The notes beneath the pieces were generated by a model that saw only the letters and a program-made list of their open reading frames with translations, searched no databases and was not told the origin of the DNA. The translations under genes and the position numbers were made by a program. A stretch of DNA of 64,000 nucleotides from assembly GCA_038062175.1 (NCBI GenBank), contig JBBTXR010000001.1, forward strand, positions 9,420 through 73,419. The letters are read 5' to 3'. Shown here in pieces: positions 60,126 to 64,000 of this stretch; position 1 is the stretch's first letter, and every line of letters begins with the position of its first letter. Source of the stretch: Patescibacteria group bacterium. GTDB taxonomy: Bacteria > Patescibacteriota > Minisyncoccia > Phycocordibacterales > Phycocordibacteraceae.

Positions 60126-60434
60126 ATGAGCACGTTTTGGGTTTCTGAAGCAGTGATCAAGGAGACGGTTCGGAAATACCAACTTCCCGAACACGAGGTC
60201 AGATGCCGGTTCATTCAGATTGATGGGTACCTGAAGGACGCGACCAGGTTGAGCGATGCAACGCTCAAGAGCACGATGTGGGACTATCGCCTCCGTGGAG
60301 ATCACTACCAGGCCTCACTTCTCTGGACGGTCTGGACCTGTAGAGCCTTGGGCTTCACGGAACAAGAGATGGTCGACCTGATCATCCCACTGACGGTCTA
60401 CCCAGCTGATGACCTGGTTCAAAGGGTCGCGTAG
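60126..60434 (+). CDS. Hypothetical protein (cassette 2)
   Basis: SD GGAGGT, stop before repeat 3. Confidence 0.65.
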   Translation: MSTFWVSEAVIKETVRKYQLPEHEVRCRFIQIDGYLKDATRLSDATLKSTMWDYRLRGDHYQASLLWTVWTCRALGFTEQEMVDLIIPLTVYPADDLVQRVA

Positions 60435-60528
60435 TCCCTCAAGATCAACGTGCGACGCCTCGAGCAATCGGGGCGTTTTGCTTTTACCCATGCGCATGCG
60501 ATAGTCGCCACAGAAGAGGAGGTGATCC

Positions 60529-60927
60529 ATGACTGGATTCATCAAGACGCACGAGCGACTGTCAGCATTTGCGGAAGTGATCAAGCCGAGACATATCGCG
60601 GTTCCTTTCCACGCCTTCGGCAAGGCGGAGATCGACGAGAATGCAGGTCACCTCGTGAGTTTCTTCCAGGAGCAAGACGCATGGGTGCCGTTCGAAATGT
60701 CGGCCTTCAAGGAGTTTTGCACACGCTTCAGGCCGAATGGCAGTCCCATCTTCTACGGTCTTGTCGGTGACGGGTTCGATGAGGGTGATCCTACTATCCA
60801 TTACGATCCGCATCTCATCCGGCTTCTCGATGATGGTCGATTGATTGTGACCGACCGATTCATCCTCCGTTGTAGCGGCATGAGTTCGGATCGGATTAGC
60901 GGTCTGACGCGAGAAATTGCAGCCTGA
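60529..60927 (+). CDS. Hypothetical protein (cassette 3)
   Basis: SD GAGGAGGTGA, stop before repeat 4. Confidence 0.7.
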   Translation: MTGFIKTHERLSAFAEVIKPRHIAVPFHAFGKAEIDENAGHLVSFFQEQDAWVPFEMSAFKEFCTRFRPNGSPIFYGLVGDGFDEGDPTIHYDPHLIRLLDDGRLIVTDRFILRCSGMSSDRISGLTREIAA

Positions 60928-61025
60928 TCCTAAGCGACGCCCCGAGCAATCGGGGCGTTTTGCTTTTCTCTTCATGTGAAATGCGATATTCTCATCCTCT
61001 GTTCTTTCGAAAGGAGGTGATATTC

Positions 61026-61406
61026 GTGAGCAGAAGACCAATCGGATCTCGTGTCCTGTGGGGTGAAGCTAGGAGTGCTGCACAACATCTCGATGCTGCG
61101 ATGGTTCAGTTTTACCCTGATCCTACAACGTATAAAGGATTTGACGGTAAGCTAGACGATTCCAGTCTTCCCCAAAAGAAGAACTTCGCGCGTTGGAAAC
61201 GTCCAAAGCGTAAGGATGGAACCCGTAAACGGGGAACTCAAGTTCGGCCTCTCGTCATTCGCGAAATCAGAAACGCGAAGGATGAGAAGGGAAGATCGGT
61301 GCGTGGGAGATTCGTCTCTCTTGCTGACTACGAGCAACGCGCTGCGAAATACCGTGAAGATGTGAAGAAATATTTTGAAGAAAACAAGAGGCGGTCGCGG
61401 AGATAG
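61026..61406 (+). CDS. Hypothetical basic protein (cassette 4, GTG start)
   Basis: SD AAGGAGGTGA, stop before repeat 5. Confidence 0.65.
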   Translation: MSRRPIGSRVLWGEARSAAQHLDAAMVQFYPDPTTYKGFDGKLDDSSLPQKKNFARWKRPKRKDGTRKRGTQVRPLVIREIRNAKDEKGRSVRGRFVSLADYEQRAAKYREDVKKYFEENKRRSRR

Positions 61407-61520
61407 GTCCGCGACCGTAACGCCCTCGAGCAATCGAGGCGTTTTCTTTTCCATAGATACAAATTACGGTATGCTCTTCGTCTGTTCCTTGTTCTAGAAA
61501 CGAGATTAGGGGAGTCGATA

Positions 61521-61652
61521 GTGACGAAAAAGATCAAGAAAGAATTGAGCGCCGAGGAGCGCAGAGATTGGCGGGAAAACAGTCAGAATGCAGCGCCCAA
61601 ACCGCCGGTAGGGGTCCTCAAAGATCTCAAAGAGTCTAACCCTCGTGATTGA
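61521..61652 (+). CDS. 43-aa small protein (cassette 5, GTG start; absent from ORF track)
   Basis: SD AGGGGAG, VTKKIKKELSAEERRDWRENSQNAAPKPPVGVLKDLKESNPRD, then a hairpin. Confidence 0.5.
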   Translation: MTKKIKKELSAEERRDWRENSQNAAPKPPVGVLKDLKESNPRD

Positions 61653-61790
61653 GTGCTCAGTGGCCGCCTCGCAAGGGCGGCCTCCATTTTATTCTTGCGG
61701 TATATCTAACTCTGCGTTTAAATAGATGAAGGTGCTCTTTGTGCCACACGCCGCAAACGCGGCGATTCCGCGTTTCTACGAGGGGTTTGT

Positions 61791-61976
61791 GTGTTTCGAA
61801 GACTGCAAATGCGAGTCGAACAACGGCTAGTCGATCTTGAGTGTGAGCATCGTGTTGTGAAGCGCTTCTCGCACGTTGCGAGACATCCGAGCGATATACA
61901 GTATCGACGCGCGTTCTGGTACTTCGTATGCAGATGCTTCGGCATCTGCCCAGAAAAAACGCTCGCAGGAGCGTAA
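61791..61976 (+). CDS. 61-aa hypothetical protein (cassette 6, GTG start)
   Basis: SD GAGGGG, followed by GGGCTCCGCGA/TCGCGGAGCCC hairpin. Confidence 0.5.
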   Translation: MFRRLQMRVEQRLVDLECEHRVVKRFSHVARHPSDIQYRRAFWYFVCRCFGICPEKTLAGA

Positions 61977-62063
61977 AAGAGAATGGGCTCCGCGATTTCT
62001 CGCGGAGCCCTTCTTGGTTTGACCTATCAGTTGGTGGCTAGCGACACCCTGTGTCTCAGATGA

Positions 62064-62678
62064 CTACATCGCGTCGAGAAGATCGTCTTCCGTGTTCCAG
62101 GCGCCGATATAGACGCGATCGAAGCCTCGAACGGCGAGAACGAACGGATCCTTGAGTGTATATTCGACGAGCACATACGCTCCGGCTGCTTCTGCCGCCC
62201 TGATCCTTCGATCGAAGCGCGCTGGCGGCTCGATGATCCAATCCTTTCGTGCCGCTGATAGGTGCAGCTGCCGCCAGCTCCAGGTGGTTCTCGGACCTTT
62301 CCGCTCCGCATAGATCCATAGGCAGAACGTTAGAATGCAGCCGATGGCGGGAGTGAGAAGGAGAGCCGCGTGTAGTTGCAGACCAGGCATCGAAAGACAG
62401 GCCAAGCCGGCAACAGTCATCGCGACGACGACGTAGAGATAGTTGTTCGAGTACTGCCGGCCGGTGTACCGCTCGATTATCCTCGGCACGAAGTAGAGTC
62501 TCGGTAGCCAGAGCAGGTAGTAGAGGGTCTGGAGCAAGGCTGGCAATCGGTCCTTGCGCTGATGTGCCTGCACGAGGTGCTTTGGAATAACCGGCACCCC
62601 TTGTGCACGCAGCTCGCTCTCAAGCTTGCTGCAGGTTCTTGCGCCCTTCTCGAAGGCGCGTACTGCATCCATCTTCAT
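62064..62678 (-). CDS. Hypothetical membrane protein
   Basis: Start MKMDAV after GAGGT, central TM helices, C-terminal DPF...YIGAW. Confidence 0.6.
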   Translation of the reverse strand: MKMDAVRAFEKGARTCSKLESELRAQGVPVIPKHLVQAHQRKDRLPALLQTLYYLLWLPRLYFVPRIIERYTGRQYSNNYLYVVVAMTVAGLACLSMPGLQLHAALLLTPAIGCILTFCLWIYAERKGPRTTWSWRQLHLSAARKDWIIEPPARFDRRIRAAEAAGAYVLVEYTLKDPFVLAVRGFDRVYIGAWNTEDDLLDAM

Positions 62679-62772
62679 GAGAACCTCTAGTGCTATGGGG
62701 GAGAGGCACCCAATGTGCTTCTCCAGAACTCCCGTGGTAGTTGTAGCCGGAAAGCCTCGTAGAGACAAGAAG

Positions 62773-62880
62773 TTGCATTGCCTGAAGGCTTCGTGTAGAG
62801 TGCCCCTATCGCTACGTATCCCCTCGGGGAGACCAATGGCCGGGAAGCCCTTCGGGGACGAACGCGCTGTTGAGGCGCGC
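62773..62880 (+). promoter_or_regulatory. rplC promoter and short structured leader
   Basis: TTGCAT-17-TAGAGT. Hairpins TCCCC-TC-GGGGA, CCC-TTCG-GGG, GCGC...GCGC. Confidence 0.5.
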
Positions 62881-62892
62881 TTTATTTTTTTC

Positions 62893-63504
62893 ATGAAATT
62901 CCTACTCGCCAAGAAAGGTCGTATGACCCAGATCTTCGATACCGATGGTCGGGTCTTTGCTGGTACCGTCCTTACGACTGCTCCGATGACCGTCACCCAG
63001 GTGAAGACGGTTGAGTCTGACGGGTATGAGGCGGTTCAGGTTGGTTTTGGCGAGAAGAAGGAGAGTCGCGTGAATAAGGCCGTCCTTGGACACACCAAGG
63101 GTAAGGGCTTCCAGACCATCAAGGAGTTCCGCACCGAAGCAGGAGACCTTGCGGTAGGTTCTGAGGTAACCGCAGACACCTTCGCTGAGGGTGATGTGGT
63201 TGAAGTCTCGGGCACCGTGAAGGGTAGGGGCTTTGCCGGAGTGGTGAAGCGCCATGGTTTCCATGGTGGTCGTCGCTCGCATGGTCAGAAGCACTCTGAG
63301 CGTGAGCCAGGATCGATTGGTGGCGGTGGTCGTGCCGGTGGTCGCGTCGCTAAGGGTATGCGCATGGGTGGCCGCATGGGTGGTAACCGCATCACGGTAA
63401 CCAACCTCAAGGTGCTCAAGGTCGATGCAGCTCGCGGCGAGATCATCATCTCAGGAGCCGTTCCTGGCGCTCCTGGTTCACTCGTCGAGATCGTCTCGAA
63501 ATAA
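62893..63504 (+). CDS. rplC: 50S ribosomal protein L3
   Basis: K.GRMTQIF, DGYEAVQVG, KGRGFAGVVKRHGF, SHG, GAVPG. Confidence 0.97.
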   Translation: MKFLLAKKGRMTQIFDTDGRVFAGTVLTTAPMTVTQVKTVESDGYEAVQVGFGEKKESRVNKAVLGHTKGKGFQTIKEFRTEAGDLAVGSEVTADTFAEGDVVEVSGTVKGRGFAGVVKRHGFHGGRRSHGQKHSEREPGSIGGGGRAGGRVAKGMRMGGRMGGNRITVTNLKVLKVDAARGEIIISGAVPGAPGSLVEIVSK

Positions 63505-63515
63505 ATTTACGTACT

Positions 63516-64000
63516 ATGGCACCAGCTAAGAAAACCGTCGCAAAGAAGGCCGCTCCTAAGAAGGCAGTTGCTGCAAAGGCAACAGCTCCTAAGAAGGCAG
63601 TTGCATCTGAAGCGAATATTTACACCATGGCAGGGGGAGAGGCGGGTACTATCGCACTTCCTGCGGAGCTTTTCGCACAGCCTTGGAAGGCAGATCTCGT
63701 GCACCAGGTAGTTATCGGTATGCAGGCAAACGCACGCCCAACGGTCGCGAACACCAAGTTCCGCGGCGAAGTTGCTGGTGGTGGTAAGAAGCCATGGAAG
63801 CAGAAGGGTACTGGTCGCGCACGACACGGCTCTAACCGCTCTCCTATCTGGAAGGGAGGTGGTGTGACCCATGGTCCTCGCGCAGAGCGCGTCTACGCCG
63901 TGAAGATCAACCGCAAGATGCGTGCCGCAGCGCTTGCCTCTGTGCTCTCACGCAAGTGGGCAGATGGTCAGATTGTCTTCGTTGATTCTCTCGCGTTCAC
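63516..64000 (+). CDS. rplD: 50S ribosomal protein L4 (runs off the window; K/A-rich N-terminal extension)
   Basis: TKFRGEVAGGGKKPWKQKGTGRARHGS.RSP.W.GGG..HGP. Confidence 0.96.
   Translation, partial: MAPAKKTVAKKAAPKKAVAAKATAPKKAVASEANIYTMAGGEAGTIALPAELFAQPWKADLVHQVVIGMQANARPTVANTKFRGEVAGGGKKPWKQKGTGRARHGSNRSPIWKGGGVTHGPRAERVYAVKINRKMRAAALASVLSRKWADGQIVFVDSLAF

Larger units (their letters stand above)
59691..61450 (+). repeat. Five related hairpin repeats, each between a stop codon and the next small gene
   Basis: 59691-59725, 60043-60078, 60452-60485, 60934-60967, 61419-61450. R1-R4 share GGGGCGTTTTGCTTTT. R3 and R4 are 33/34 identical. Confidence 0.9.

Noticed and set aside
59691-61450. 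CRISPR array or classical integron attC sites
   Set aside because: Spacing is 350-490 bp with whole genes between repeats. There are no cas or intI genes, and the repeats lack the RYYYAAC/GTTRRRY ends.
62679-62996. Upstream extensions of the 62064 minus ORF and of rplC in the ORF track
   Set aside because: True starts are likely 62678 and 62893. The gap holds promoter and leader sequence.

Overview
Chromosomal segment that reads as Patescibacteria/CPR (Parcubacteria-like). This is an inference from the gene set: type IV pilus and split comEC genes, CPR-type secreted proteins, and tRNAs without encoded CCA. Core genes include rsmA, pcrA, rpsO, a Xer recombinase, xth, cca, rarA, hup, rny, clpP, ppa, nusA, tpiA, pgk, recJ, rnhA, sod, rpmB, and str/S10 ribosomal operons interrupted by accessory genes. 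Four tRNA genes are present. Best candidate for an undescribed system: a three-gene module at 14.7-17.7 kb beside tRNA-Gly. It encodes a thymidylate-synthase homologue whose dUMP-specificity residues are replaced (Asn to Asp, His to Pro) as in cytidylate-modifying enzymes, a LOG phosphoribohydrolase fused to an NPPF amino-methyltransferase, and a divergent TrmB-family regulator with a palindromic operator. Other notable items: an array of small orphan genes separated by near-identical terminator/-35 repeats inside the S10 operon, an unassigned ~200-230 nt structured RNA with its own promoter and terminator, a parS-like cluster, many apparently leaderless core genes, and an S12 with K42R plus loss of P90. 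All calls come from reading the sequence by eye; no searches were run.
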